Origin: Trueperaceae bacterium
GTDB lineage: Bacteria > Deinococcota > Deinococci > Deinococcales > Trueperaceae
Reading direction: 5' to 3'
DNA length: 64,000 nt
NCBI GenBank assembly: GCA_965213925.1
Contig: OZ243927.1
Location: 1,280,001 to 1,344,000 of the forward strand
Positions within the stretch are counted from its first letter, which is position 1. Each line of letters opens with the position of its first letter. Position numbers and translations under genes: made by a program. Below, piece by piece: positions 1-9,116 of this stretch. The notes under the pieces were generated by a model. It was not told where the DNA came from, made no database searches, and saw nothing but the letters and a program-made list of their open reading frames with translations.

Positions 1-361
1 ACGTCTTCGTGCCGCTCCGCCTTCTCACCTCGATGGCTACCGTCGCCGTGTGCGAACCGTTCGAGAGTTCGGTCGTGTCGATTTCGGTGGCGAAAGGTGC
101 TTTGCTGATGACTGCGAACGGCTCACCGCTGCGGGCACGGTCGTCGAGGTAAAAAGCGACTTCGGTAATGCTCGGGTGCGCGCTCACGCTCAGCTTGATC
201 GTGCCGGATACGGCTTGCGTCCCTAGCGAACCGCCATCCACATAGAGGCTGGGGTCGACGTCTTCGACCAGCTCACCGCTACAAGCGGCTAGGAGCAGCG
301 TGGCGAGTAGGGCTAAACCTACCCATACTTTCTGGACCTGGTTCTTGGCTGTTGGCTTCAT
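1..361 (-). CDS. Lipoprotein with an Ig-like (Big) domain; partial, runs off the window start
   Basis: Manual translation from ATG at 361 with an AAGGAGAG RBS gives MKPTAKNQVQKVWVGLALLATLLLAAC (lipobox LAAC). It continues ...VSGTIKLSVSAHPSITEVAFYLDD...APFATEIDTTELSNGSHTATV, an Ig-like strand pattern. Not in the ORF track. Confidence 0.8.
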   Translation of the reverse strand, partial: MKPTAKNQVQKVWVGLALLATLLLAACSGELVEDVDPSLYVDGGSLGTQAVSGTIKLSVSAHPSITEVAFYLDDRARSGEPFAVISKAPFATEIDTTELSNGSHTATVAIEVRRRSGTKT

Positions 362-424
362 TTCTCTCTCCTTTTCGATGTGGCAGGCCAGAACTCCCAC
401 TCGAAAGAAGAGGGGAAAGTCCTA

Positions 425-498
425 CTTAGCCGGTTGCGCCACTGGCTAGCTTCATTCCAGGCGCCCAAATTCGCGGAATGAGCATCGTAGCCTCTAAG
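425..498 (-). ncRNA. c-di-GMP-II riboswitch
   Basis: Minus strand reads CTTAG-AGGCT-ACGATGC-TCATTCC-GCGAATTT-GGGCGCC-TGGAATGA-AGCT-AGCC-AGT-GGCGCAACC-GGCTAAG. P1 (CTTAG/CTAAG), the pseudoknot (TCATTCC/GGAATGA) and the GGGCRC...RGYGCAACC core match the class II consensus. It lies in the 5' UTR of the lipoprotein gene. Confidence 0.8.
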
Positions 499-577
499 GG
501 ATTTTCCCTCAGTGAGATCAATGTAGACCTACGAGAAGTGAGAACAATGAGCAAATTTTAGCTGTAATAGAACTCGC

Positions 578-629
578 AAAAGTCTCGACTATAGCGTGCT
601 AGAGCCGACTTCTTGAGTCGAGACTTTTT
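578..629. terminator. Inverted repeat, probable terminator of the lgt-glmU(N) unit
   Basis: AAAAGTCTCGACT...AGTCGAGACTTTTT with A/T runs on both sides. Confidence 0.45.
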
Positions 630-705
630 CTAACCCCTTTAACTTTCTCATGAATATAGGCTTCTAGTGAATCTTTTAACGTGTTCTATCCGCCTAGTTT
701 CGAAG

Positions 706-1437
706 CTAGCCCCGCTCGAGCAAAATCCGCTCCACCGCCGCAAGCTGCTCCCTGTCATTCACCGCCAAAATCTCCGTCTCATCCTCCGCCTTGACCGCCT
801 GCACACTGCGCCCCGCTTGCAGATAGAGGTCCACCAAATCGGTGATGTAGTATTCGCCTGCGGCGTTGTCGTTGGAGAGCCCTTCGGCAATCTCGAAGAC
901 GTTGCGGTCAAAAATATAGATACCGGGGTTGATTTCGTTGATCTGGCGCTCCTCGTCCGCCGCGTCTTTCTCCTCGACGATTTTAGCGACGCTGCCGTCC
1001 TCCTTGCGAATGATGCGCCCTAAACCGTGTGGGTCGCTCACGTCGCACGTAACGAGTGTCATGCCTGCGCCTGAGTCCTGCTGCGTTCGCGCCAACCGCT
1101 CGAGCGTCTCCGTTTTAAGAAGCGGTCCGTCACCATTTAGGACCATCACTGCGCCGTCAAAGTCTCGCAAGACCTCTTTCGTCTGTAAGAGCGCGTGCCC
1201 CGTGCCTAGCTGCTCGGTCTGGCGAGCGAATTGGACAGGCTCACCCTGCAACGCTTCCTCGACCTCTTCGGCTTTATAGCCCGTCACGACAACGATAGGT
1301 TCAGGCTCTAATGGCGCGACCGCCCTGATGACGTGTTCCACAAGCGAATGCCCCGCCGCTTTGTGGAGCACTTTGGGCAGGTCAGACTTCATCCGCGTGC
1401 CCTGCCCCGCCGCTAAAATCACGACTGCTAAGTGCAA
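706..1437 (-). CDS. Sugar-phosphate nucleotidyltransferase, equivalent to the GlmU N-terminal (uridyltransferase) domain only
   Basis: ILAAGQGTRMKS..PKVLH, Q.EQLGTGHA, IVEEKDA, N.AGEYYITD and VNDREQLA are present. The ORF stops before the hexapeptide-repeat acetyltransferase domain. Confidence 0.85.
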   Translation of the reverse strand: MHLAVVILAAGQGTRMKSDLPKVLHKAAGHSLVEHVIRAVAPLEPEPIVVVTGYKAEEVEEALQGEPVQFARQTEQLGTGHALLQTKEVLRDFDGAVMVLNGDGPLLKTETLERLARTQQDSGAGMTLVTCDVSDPHGLGRIIRKEDGSVAKIVEEKDAADEERQINEINPGIYIFDRNVFEIAEGLSNDNAAGEYYITDLVDLYLQAGRSVQAVKAEDETEILAVNDREQLAAVERILLERG

Positions 1438-1438
1438 C

Positions 1439-2395
1439 TCAGCGACCTCTCGCCTTCATCGAAAGCCGCTCTTTTTTCTCCACCTCGTCGGGGTTCATGA
1501 TGAGCAGGAAGTAGAGTGAGATGAGAACCAGCGGAACGCTGACAAGCTGCGTTAAGGTAAAGAGCCCTATGCCCGGCGCGTTCAGCCCTTCGGAGAGGTA
1601 GACCTGCCAGAAGAGCGGGTTGTCGCGAAAGGGCTCCTCTAAGACCGAGCGCAAGACCGAATACCACAAGATAAACTGCCACCAGGCGAAGCCCGGCGTG
1701 CGGCTTCTGCGAAACGACCACCAGACGATGCCGACCAAAATCACACCGATGACTGCGCCGTAAATCTGCGTGAGGTGAACGGGTCCGCGCAAGATTTCGC
1801 CGCCCTGCGCAACGCACTGTGAAAGGCTGACGCCCGAGATACTGCACGTCCCCGGATACGCCGCCCACAGGTTATCGCCGAACACGAAGCGTCCGAACGC
1901 GCCGAAGGTGTCCGTGCCCGGCTCGGGCCAGGTGTAGCCGATGGGCCAGCCCGTCAAGCGTCCGGTGGTATCCGAGCCGTTCATAAAGTTGCCGATGCGC
2001 CCGCCGATAACGCCCAATGCGCCCACCGGCGCGAGCGTATCCAAGTACGACCACATGTTGAGGTTGTGAATGCGTGAGTAGAGCCAGACCGCGACGAAAA
2101 TGCCTAAAACGCCCCCGTGAATGCTGCCGCCGCCCTGCCAAATCGCGAAGGCGTTTAAGGGGTTGCCGTTCGGTCCGAAGTACGCGCTCGGGCTCGTCAC
2201 GACGTAGATGAGGCGTGCGCCGATAAGCCCCGCGATAACGAGCCACAAGGTCATATCTAACAGCTTTTCCGTATCGAGATTGCGCCGCTCCGCTTCTCTC
2301 AGCGCCCAGCTCGAGCCAATCAGCACCCCTAACGCGATTAAAAAACCGTACCAGCGAACCGCGAGCGGTCCTAGTTGAATCATGATCGGGTCCAT
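1439..2395 (-). CDS. lgt: Prolipoprotein diacylglyceryl transferase
   Basis: MDPIMIQLGPLAVRWYG, IWQGGGSIHGG, GRIGNFMNG and HLTQIY motifs. Start moved to the ATG at 2395. Confidence 0.92.
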   Translation of the reverse strand: MDPIMIQLGPLAVRWYGFLIALGVLIGSSWALREAERRNLDTEKLLDMTLWLVIAGLIGARLIYVVTSPSAYFGPNGNPLNAFAIWQGGGSIHGGVLGIFVAVWLYSRIHNLNMWSYLDTLAPVGALGVIGGRIGNFMNGSDTTGRLTGWPIGYTWPEPGTDTFGAFGRFVFGDNLWAAYPGTCSISGVSLSQCVAQGGEILRGPVHLTQIYGAVIGVILVGIVWWSFRRSRTPGFAWWQFILWYSVLRSVLEEPFRDNPLFWQVYLSEGLNAPGIGLFTLTQLVSVPLVLISLYFLLIMNPDEVEKKERLSMKARGR

Positions 2396-2552
2396 ACCTA
2401 TACAATCCCTTCTTCGCGGTTCTCGTCCGGTTGACCCGGCGAAACCACAGCGGCGCATCCGCAGCGCCAAACCCACCTAGTATATTAGGATTTTAGTCGC
2501 GAGGTATAAGGGTTGTTTAAGAAGTTACCGCGGGTGCTGTAGGAAGGATCGC

Positions 2553-3602
2553 TTATGTGAGATTCGGCAAGGGTAGCCGCGTCACCTTAACAGCGCTGAT
2601 GAGGAGGCGGATACCAACCTCTTGTAAGTAGGCGTCGGCGCGGGGCAGTGCGCCCCAGGCGACGCCGCGCTGCCACACGAAAGAGGTTATCTCTCTACCT
2701 AGCTCGTCCTCGAGCCTCTGGAGCGCGCCCACGCTCTCGAGCCGCAAATCATTCCTCGCGTCGTACGGGTCAGCGTGCGTCATAGTGTGACAGGTGAAAG
2801 CGTGTCCTTGCGCCGCTAAACCGCGCACCTCGTCCCAAGTGAGAGCGAGGCGTCCGTCTTCGTACTCGAGCGGGTCCACGTCGATTTCGTGCGCGGCGGC
2901 GAAACTGGCTTGTCCGTGAACAGGCGTGTCGATAAAGCCCGGAATAAGGCAGAATATGCCCGTTAAGCCTAGTTCACTAAGGAGCGGCGCGGCAACGTCA
3001 ATGTGGTTGCGGGTTCCTTCGTAAAACACGAGCAAGATGGGCGGACGCTCATCTGTCCAGGATTCGCCTGCTACGAGCTTTTCCAAATCCGATATGCCGA
3101 TGCTCTTAAATCGCTCTGCAAGCGCCCCGAGTTGCGCTCTGAGTTTGTCCTTATCTTCAGCAAACGTGTTGTGAAAGTTGACCGAGCGGACAAAGCGTCC
3201 GCTGCGAAGGGAGCGGATGAGATACGTGGTGTCTGTGTGTTCGTCCGGAGTCAAGTCCGCCGCCGAAGAGGTGAAACTTCGGCGTTCGAGCGGTGCGGCG
3301 TCCCGCCCGAAGTCATAAAAGGCGACTAGCTCGAGCGCCAACTGCAAGGCCCTGGCGGGCTCAGAAGTGAAACGCTGAGAGGTCAGCAGACGCGCTGTGA
3401 CCTCTTGAACGGCGCGAGCAGGCCTATAGTTCGCCGGGTCGATCGTGCCGGAGAGGTCTGCTTGACCGGGAGCGTTGAGGTCCTCGAATGCCAAGACCAT
3501 CTCGACGCCCTCCCTGGAATAGACGCGCTTGGCGAGACGCTCAGCGTGCGCCTTGGCGTTTTGAATGAGGTCGTCTAAGTCCATTGCTTTACGGCTTTTC
3601 AC
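2553..3602 (-). CDS. Polysaccharide deacetylase (NodB/CE4-like) with an approximately 100-aa N-terminal extension
   Basis: VNFH, LLVFYEG (variant of TFDDG), LTWDEVRGLAAQGH.F.CHTMTH and LEDELGREITSF. Overlaps the end of the YcaO gene. Confidence 0.75.
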   Translation of the reverse strand: MKSRKAMDLDDLIQNAKAHAERLAKRVYSREGVEMVLAFEDLNAPGQADLSGTIDPANYRPARAVQEVTARLLTSQRFTSEPARALQLALELVAFYDFGRDAAPLERRSFTSSAADLTPDEHTDTTYLIRSLRSGRFVRSVNFHNTFAEDKDKLRAQLGALAERFKSIGISDLEKLVAGESWTDERPPILLVFYEGTRNHIDVAAPLLSELGLTGIFCLIPGFIDTPVHGQASFAAAHEIDVDPLEYEDGRLALTWDEVRGLAAQGHAFTCHTMTHADPYDARNDLRLESVGALQRLEDELGREITSFVWQRGVAWGALPRADAYLQEVGIRLLISAVKVTRLPLPNLT

Positions 3603-5082
3603 CTAATGCGTAGCGTACTGCGTGTCGTGCGGGTTCTCGGTAGAGAGGGTAGAGGTCGCCCACGATCTCTTTCAATTTTTCGGCATCAAACCAAGCTTTA
3701 TCACCGAAACGAGCCTCGGCAGCGTCTGTCAAATAGATGCGTTTTGCACCTGGCGGCGGTGTGCCTAATCCGACGAGCGGGCTCTCTCGTGCCAGAAGTC
3801 GGCGCACGTTGCGCTCGCCGATGCGTCCATAGGAGGCGGTTTCGACTTCCAAACCGGGAATCACGACCTTAACCGCCCTGACGCCCTGCTCCCTTGCTTG
3901 GGGGGTGGCTAGCTCGAGGTACAAAATGTCAAAACCCTCTAAACGCTTGGCGACCTCTTGCAGCCGCGTTTCAGGGGTTGCGTTTGCTAAGTCGGGATGC
4001 TCCGGTAGCGTTCCGAAGGGGATACGTTCTTGTTCTTGGTAGATGGGCGTAAGCTCCGCTTTGAGTTCGGCAGGGTAGAGGTTGAGCCAGTGTTTCATGG
4101 TCTCGAGGGTTCTTTGCTCCTCGGTAACGTTCTGCGCGTGAGCGAAGTGGGCGTCTAAATAGCCTTCGGGTGAACCTTCTGCGACGTTTGCAAGAGGTCC
4201 GTGACTAAAGGCTAGACGTGCTCTCGAGAAAGCAAATTCTAAAAGCGCTTTACGGAGTGCCGCCGCACGGTCTAAGTCGCACGCCTCACCGCCCGCTGCA
4301 AGTTTAATCTGCGGCGCGTCGTCATCCGGTCCATAACCGTTCACATAGAGGTTGATAAGACCAAAGTCCCTTGCGGCGAGTTTGACGTTGACGGTGAGTC
4401 CCTCCTCTTCCAACCGCTCCAAAATCGCCTTAGTTGTATCAGGCACACCTTCCGAGAGGTCAAGTACGCGCCCTTGGTCGAGCGCCCTATAGTTCACGCT
4501 GTTGCCGTCGCGCTGCAAAAGCTCCAACGCGCCGTGGCAGAGACCTCTTGTGACGCTAAGACCTGCACCGAGACCATTGGAGACTGGGAGGAAAAGAGGT
4601 TCGTAGCCTTCGGGAAGTTCGGCGGGGCTCGAGGCGGCAGCCTCTAAGAGCACCCATTTCGACCCTTCTGGATAACGTTTCATGGAGACCCAGAAACGCA
4701 TCATATCTGCACTATAGCCACAACCCGTGTCCAGAGCGAGCGTCACGGGATTAACCACTGCGCCCGCGCCGTAAGTTACCACCAAATCGTGGTAAGAGCC
4801 TCGTTCTGTCTTTAGCTTCGGCACGACCCACAAGCTCTGCACTCGCTCGTGCAGTTCGCCGAGGGAGCCGACCTCAGCTTGGGCGTCACTAAGCCCATAG
4901 CCCGCGCCGCCGCCAAGAGGTCCGGGCAGAAAGGTGGACGCCCACGAATGAACGCCCGCCTGCTCAGCCGCGCTATCAAACCCGGTGATCAGAAAGTGAA
5001 AGAACGTGCCCTTCGGTAGTGCCGCTTTGTAGCGCTCTACGACCTCTTGGAGCGACACCTCTTGTTCTTCCTGCTGAGTCAC
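3589..5082 (-). CDS. YcaO-family ATP-dependent amide-activating enzyme
   Basis: GAGYG, GELHER, SNGLGAG, ALELLQRDG, KALLEFAFSR and VKVVIPGLE match YcaO motifs. No C-terminal PxPxP. Confidence 0.85.
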   Translation of the reverse strand: MTQQEEQEVSLQEVVERYKAALPKGTFFHFLITGFDSAAEQAGVHSWASTFLPGPLGGGAGYGLSDAQAEVGSLGELHERVQSLWVVPKLKTERGSYHDLVVTYGAGAVVNPVTLALDTGCGYSADMMRFWVSMKRYPEGSKWVLLEAAASSPAELPEGYEPLFLPVSNGLGAGLSVTRGLCHGALELLQRDGNSVNYRALDQGRVLDLSEGVPDTTKAILERLEEEGLTVNVKLAARDFGLINLYVNGYGPDDDAPQIKLAAGGEACDLDRAAALRKALLEFAFSRARLAFSHGPLANVAEGSPEGYLDAHFAHAQNVTEEQRTLETMKHWLNLYPAELKAELTPIYQEQERIPFGTLPEHPDLANATPETRLQEVAKRLEGFDILYLELATPQAREQGVRAVKVVIPGLEVETASYGRIGERNVRRLLARESPLVGLGTPPPGAKRIYLTDAAEARFGDKAWFDAEKLKEIVGDLYPLYREPARHAVRYALGEKP

Positions 5083-5954
5083 CCCTTAATGCCCGACATA
5101 GTGAGCCCTTTGACGTAGTAGCGTTGCAGCATTAAGAAGAGGATGGCTAACGGCACGGTGCTCACCGCTAGCGCCGCTTGCTGCAACGACTCGTCCTCGA
5201 TGTTGCCGAATGCGCCGCGCAAGAGGTAGATGCCGACGGGCAAGGTCTCTAAGTCAGGCGCGGAGCGGGTGATGGTCAGCGTCCAGATAAACTCGTTCCA
5301 CTGGTAGACGAAAACGAAGATGCCGAGCGTCGCCAGCGCAGGTTTGACGAGCGGCAAGACGATCTGCGCGAAGATGCGGAACTCGCTGCAGCCGTCGATA
5401 CGGGCGGCCTCGAGCAGTTCCGTCGGGATATTCACCATGAACTGCCGCATCATAAAGATGCCGTACCAGGTGATGAGAAAGGGTAAAATGAGCGCCGCGT
5501 ACGTCCCCAAGAGCCCCGTTCCTCCCTGACCCAAAACGCCGTTGCCGCCCGCCAGCGGAAAGAAGCGCATGATGAAAAACATCGGGATGAGAAAGAGGAA
5601 AAAGGGGAACATCTGCGCGGACAAGACGCTCCGAAAAAACCAGTTGCGCCCCCAGAACTGATACTTGGCGAGCGCGAAGCCCGCCATCGTGCTCGTTAAG
5701 AGCTGCAAAACGGTGATCGTTACGGTGACGATGGTGCTGTTGATGTACCACTTCTGTATTGGGAGGCTCTGAAAGACTTCCCGGTAGATGCTCCACTGCG
5801 GGTCGGAGGGCCAGAAGACGGGCGGCTGCGCGAAGCGCTCGGCGGGGGTGCGCAGTGCGCCCACGAACATCTCGAAAAAGGGCAGGAGCATGATCGCGCC
5901 GCCCAACACAAGGAGTGCATATTTGATCATGCTGCCTACTCGGTTGCTTATCAT
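5079..5954 (-). CDS. Carbohydrate ABC transporter permease (MalG-like)
   Basis: IPTELLEAARIDG EAA loop, multiple TM helices, C-terminal QRYYVKGLTMSGIKG. Confidence 0.93.
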   Translation of the reverse strand: MISNRVGSMIKYALLVLGGAIMLLPFFEMFVGALRTPAERFAQPPVFWPSDPQWSIYREVFQSLPIQKWYINSTIVTVTITVLQLLTSTMAGFALAKYQFWGRNWFFRSVLSAQMFPFFLFLIPMFFIMRFFPLAGGNGVLGQGGTGLLGTYAALILPFLITWYGIFMMRQFMVNIPTELLEAARIDGCSEFRIFAQIVLPLVKPALATLGIFVFVYQWNEFIWTLTITRSAPDLETLPVGIYLLRGAFGNIEDESLQQAALAVSTVPLAILFLMLQRYYVKGLTMSGIKG

Positions 5955-5966
5955 CGCGATCCCTTT

Positions 5967-6914
5967 CTAGTAAGATTCAATGCCGCCTCGCCTAAAAATC
6001 CGCAGTTGCACCAGCGTGATCAGAAAAATGATGACAAAGAGTATAAACGCTGCCGCTGCCGCGCGGCCCATGCGCAAATCCGTAAAGGCCATCTGGTACA
6101 TGTAGAGCGCGGTGACGTTCGTGCTCTGCACCGGACCGCCTCCGGTCAACACCAGGATGAGCGCGAACGAGGCTCCCATCGCGGAGATGAAGCTCGTGAT
6201 GCTGACGAAGAGCAGCGTCGGGCGAATCAGCGGAACGGTGACATGCCAAAACATCTGCAAGGTGTTTGCGCCGTCTACCTTGGCTGCGTTATAAAACGCA
6301 TCGTCAATTCCCTCCAAACCCGCCGAGAAGAGAATCATGTTTTGTCCCATGTAGTACCAGACCGCCACGATGATGACCGCCCACATCGCCACAGACGGGT
6401 CGCTCAGCCAGTTCGGTCCGTTGATACCGACCCAAGCGAGCACGCGGTTGATGAGCCCACCGTTGCCGTCCAAGATGAACTGCCACAAAAAGCCGATGGC
6501 GGCGACGTTGGTAATCATCGGCAGGAAAAAGAGCGAGCGCCACAACGCTCGGTAGCGGCTCTGTGTAAAAACGAAGGCGATGACGAGAGCCAACGGTACG
6601 CCGACGAGCACCGTGCCGAACGCGAAGACGAGCGTGTGCCGGAGCGACAAGAGGAACGTCGCGTCGCTAAAGAGGTAGACGAAGTTGTCTAAACCGATCC
6701 AGTTCGGCGCGGAGAGTGGGTTCCAGCGCGTGAAGGTGAGGTAGAGCGAAAAACCGATAGGGAGTAAGAAAAAGACGACGAAGAAGATAAAGGTGGGCGC
6801 GAGAAAGACGTAGGGAGCCCAGTCTTTTTGTTGGATGCGGCGTTTATTAGGAGGTTTAGACGCTACAGTGACATTCGCGTCTTTTGCCGCGTCGGATGTG
6901 GGTTTGGTTGTCAT
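5967..6914 (-). CDS. Carbohydrate ABC transporter permease (MalF-like)
   Basis: WIGLDNF, PNWLSDP and FYNAAKVDGA. Start taken at the ATG at 6914. Confidence 0.92.
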   Translation of the reverse strand: MTTKPTSDAAKDANVTVASKPPNKRRIQQKDWAPYVFLAPTFIFFVVFFLLPIGFSLYLTFTRWNPLSAPNWIGLDNFVYLFSDATFLLSLRHTLVFAFGTVLVGVPLALVIAFVFTQSRYRALWRSLFFLPMITNVAAIGFLWQFILDGNGGLINRVLAWVGINGPNWLSDPSVAMWAVIIVAVWYYMGQNMILFSAGLEGIDDAFYNAAKVDGANTLQMFWHVTVPLIRPTLLFVSITSFISAMGASFALILVLTGGGPVQSTNVTALYMYQMAFTDLRMGRAAAAAFILFVIIFLITLVQLRIFRRGGIESY

Positions 6915-7052
6915 AGAAGTGGATACGTGTGCATAGAAGTGACCTCGCTCGAGCTTCCTATTCCAAAGAGGTGAGTTCACATAGCGAAAGAGGATGCAAG
7001 TGAGAGTCTCGAGCCCTAAGCTCGAGACCTCTTCGTAGTACATTTCAGTGCG

Positions 7053-8288
7053 TCAGTAATACTCCGCCAGAATATTGCTGATTTCGCTGTCCGCCCTCGA
7101 GAGTGCCTCTTCAGGCGCTAACTCGCCGCGCCACGCCCGCTCGATATAGGTCTGCAAAATCCGCTCGATCTCGCTCGCTTGCACCACGTTGGGCTCGGTG
7201 ATGGAACGGTCCAGCGCCTCGACAAAGGGCGCGGTGAAGAAGTCGCCGAGTTCGCCTTGGGCGTTCTGAATGTCCGTTTGGTTGGCGGTTAATGCGCCCA
7301 AGTCTACGAGCATCTGCCCCATGCAGGAGGGTTCGCCCTCAGCTTGCGAGGAGTTGAGCCACTCCAAAAACGCCCACGCCTCGTCCTGCACGTCGCTGTT
7401 GTTGTCCACCGCGTAGAAGAAGGCGTACTGGAGGCTCTGCCAGTTTTCGCCCTGCGGAATCGGTGCGACGCCGACGGTCTCCTCGAACTGGTCGCCGAAG
7501 GCGGCTTGGAGTTGCGACTCCAACCACACGGGTTGAATCTCCATTGCGACAAGTCCACTGTTAAAGTCGTCCACCGTCAGGTTCGGCGTGGCGGCGTTCG
7601 CTTCGAAGAGGCTGACCTGTTGCTGTAATGCCTCCAACGCTTCAGGCGTATTCAGATTCGTCGCGGAGAAGTCCTCGGTGAAGAGGTCTACGCCCTTCGA
7701 GTAGAGGAGCGTCAGATAGGGGTGGACGACCTCAGCTGTCGTGTTTCCCGCCGCAAAACCGGACTGGGTGATTTGCCCCTGGTCGTTCGTCTTCGTGGCA
7801 GCCTTCGCGACCTCTTGCACCTCCGCCCAAGTGGTCGGCGGCGCGTCGTAGCCCGCTTCTTGCAGGAGCTTCTTGTTGTAAATCAGCATGTAGTTGCTGA
7901 CCTCAGTCGGGACACCCCAAAGTTGGTCCTGGATGGTGGCAGCGTCCACCGTGTTATCCACATAGTTGTTCTGCACGAAGTTGATGATAGTTTCGGGCGG
8001 CTCCGCCAAGATGCTGTTCTCGACGAGCTGCGCGCCCCAGATGGAGTAGACGTGGTAGATGTCGGGCGATTGCCCACCCAAGCGAGAGGTCAAGATCGTC
8101 TGCAAATAGTCGCCGTAAGTAATCTGTTGGTGCTCAATCTCGACGCCGTTTTGCTCCTCGTAGGTGGTGAAACAAGGTTCTAAGACCGCGATACTTTCAG
8201 GCGGATAGTGGGTTGCGACGGTAATCGTCTGCGCGTGGACGCTCCCTAAAAGGAATAGGACGCCTAACCAAAGGACAAAGTGTCTCAT
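7053..8288 (-). CDS. Sugar ABC transporter substrate-binding protein
   Basis: Signal peptide MRHFVLWLGVLFLLGSVHA, SPDI, LIYNKKLLQEAGYDAPPTTWAE. AGGAG RBS before the ATG at 8288. Confidence 0.92.
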   Translation of the reverse strand: MRHFVLWLGVLFLLGSVHAQTITVATHYPPESIAVLEPCFTTYEEQNGVEIEHQQITYGDYLQTILTSRLGGQSPDIYHVYSIWGAQLVENSILAEPPETIINFVQNNYVDNTVDAATIQDQLWGVPTEVSNYMLIYNKKLLQEAGYDAPPTTWAEVQEVAKAATKTNDQGQITQSGFAAGNTTAEVVHPYLTLLYSKGVDLFTEDFSATNLNTPEALEALQQQVSLFEANAATPNLTVDDFNSGLVAMEIQPVWLESQLQAAFGDQFEETVGVAPIPQGENWQSLQYAFFYAVDNNSDVQDEAWAFLEWLNSSQAEGEPSCMGQMLVDLGALTANQTDIQNAQGELGDFFTAPFVEALDRSITEPNVVQASEIERILQTYIERAWRGELAPEEALSRADSEISNILAEYY

Positions 8289-8469
8289 AAGTCTCCTCGT
8301 AGTGTGGAATATTTCACTTAGAGCATAGCGCACGTACTGAACAGATTTTGGGTGCTGATTGACGTTTGCAGACTCGGGTTACTTCGGAGCTTGCAAGGAG
8401 ATTCTGACAGAACGTGTATCATCTGAACGTTAGGTCGGAGCAAGTCAATCGTTCGAATTTAGGAGGCAA

Positions 8470-9096
8470 ATGATGCTTGTACTCGTCGCAGGGGCTCACG
8501 GACAGGTAGGGCAACACATCATGGCGTTACTTAGTAAAAGTGAGCATGAGGTTCGCGCGATGGTGCGCAAGGAGACGCAGGTAGCTGAATTGGAACCTTT
8601 CAGCACCGAGGTCGTCGTCGCTGACTTGACGGAGGACGTGGCGCACGCCGCAAAAGGTTGTGACGTTATCATCTTTGCGGCGGGTTCCTCGGGCAATGAT
8701 GTTAAAGGCGTAGACCGTGACGGCGCGATTAAGCTCATAGAGGTTGCTGAACGTCAAGGTGTGAAGCGTTTCGTGATGCTCAGCTCAATGGGCGCGGGCG
8801 AGCCGGAGCGCGGACCCGAGGCGCTTCGCCCTTACCTCAAAGCCAAAGGGGAAGCGGACAAACGGCTGCAAAAGAGCGACTTAGATTACACTATCATCCG
8901 TCCGGGGCGGCTCACCGATGACGCAGCAACGGGGAAGATAAAAGCCGCAGAGCAGTTTGACGGGTGGGGCTCCATCACCAGGGAAGATGTGGCTAAGACG
9001 CTCGTGGCGGCGCTCGAGTATCCCAACACGCACGGTCAAACCTTTGAGATTTTAGAGGGCGACACGCCTATCGAAGAGGTGTTGAGGGCGCGGTGA
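8470..9096 (+). CDS. Atypical SDR / NAD(P)H-binding protein (YhfK-like)
   Basis: VLVAGAHGQVG, FAAGS, YTIIRPGRLTD and SITREDVA. Confidence 0.85.
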   Translation: MMLVLVAGAHGQVGQHIMALLSKSEHEVRAMVRKETQVAELEPFSTEVVVADLTEDVAHAAKGCDVIIFAAGSSGNDVKGVDRDGAIKLIEVAERQGVKRFVMLSSMGAGEPERGPEALRPYLKAKGEADKRLQKSDLDYTIIRPGRLTDDAATGKIKAAEQFDGWGSITREDVAKTLVAALEYPNTHGQTFEILEGDTPIEEVLRAR

Positions 9097-9116
9097 CTTG
9101 TAATAGGTGACTTGCG

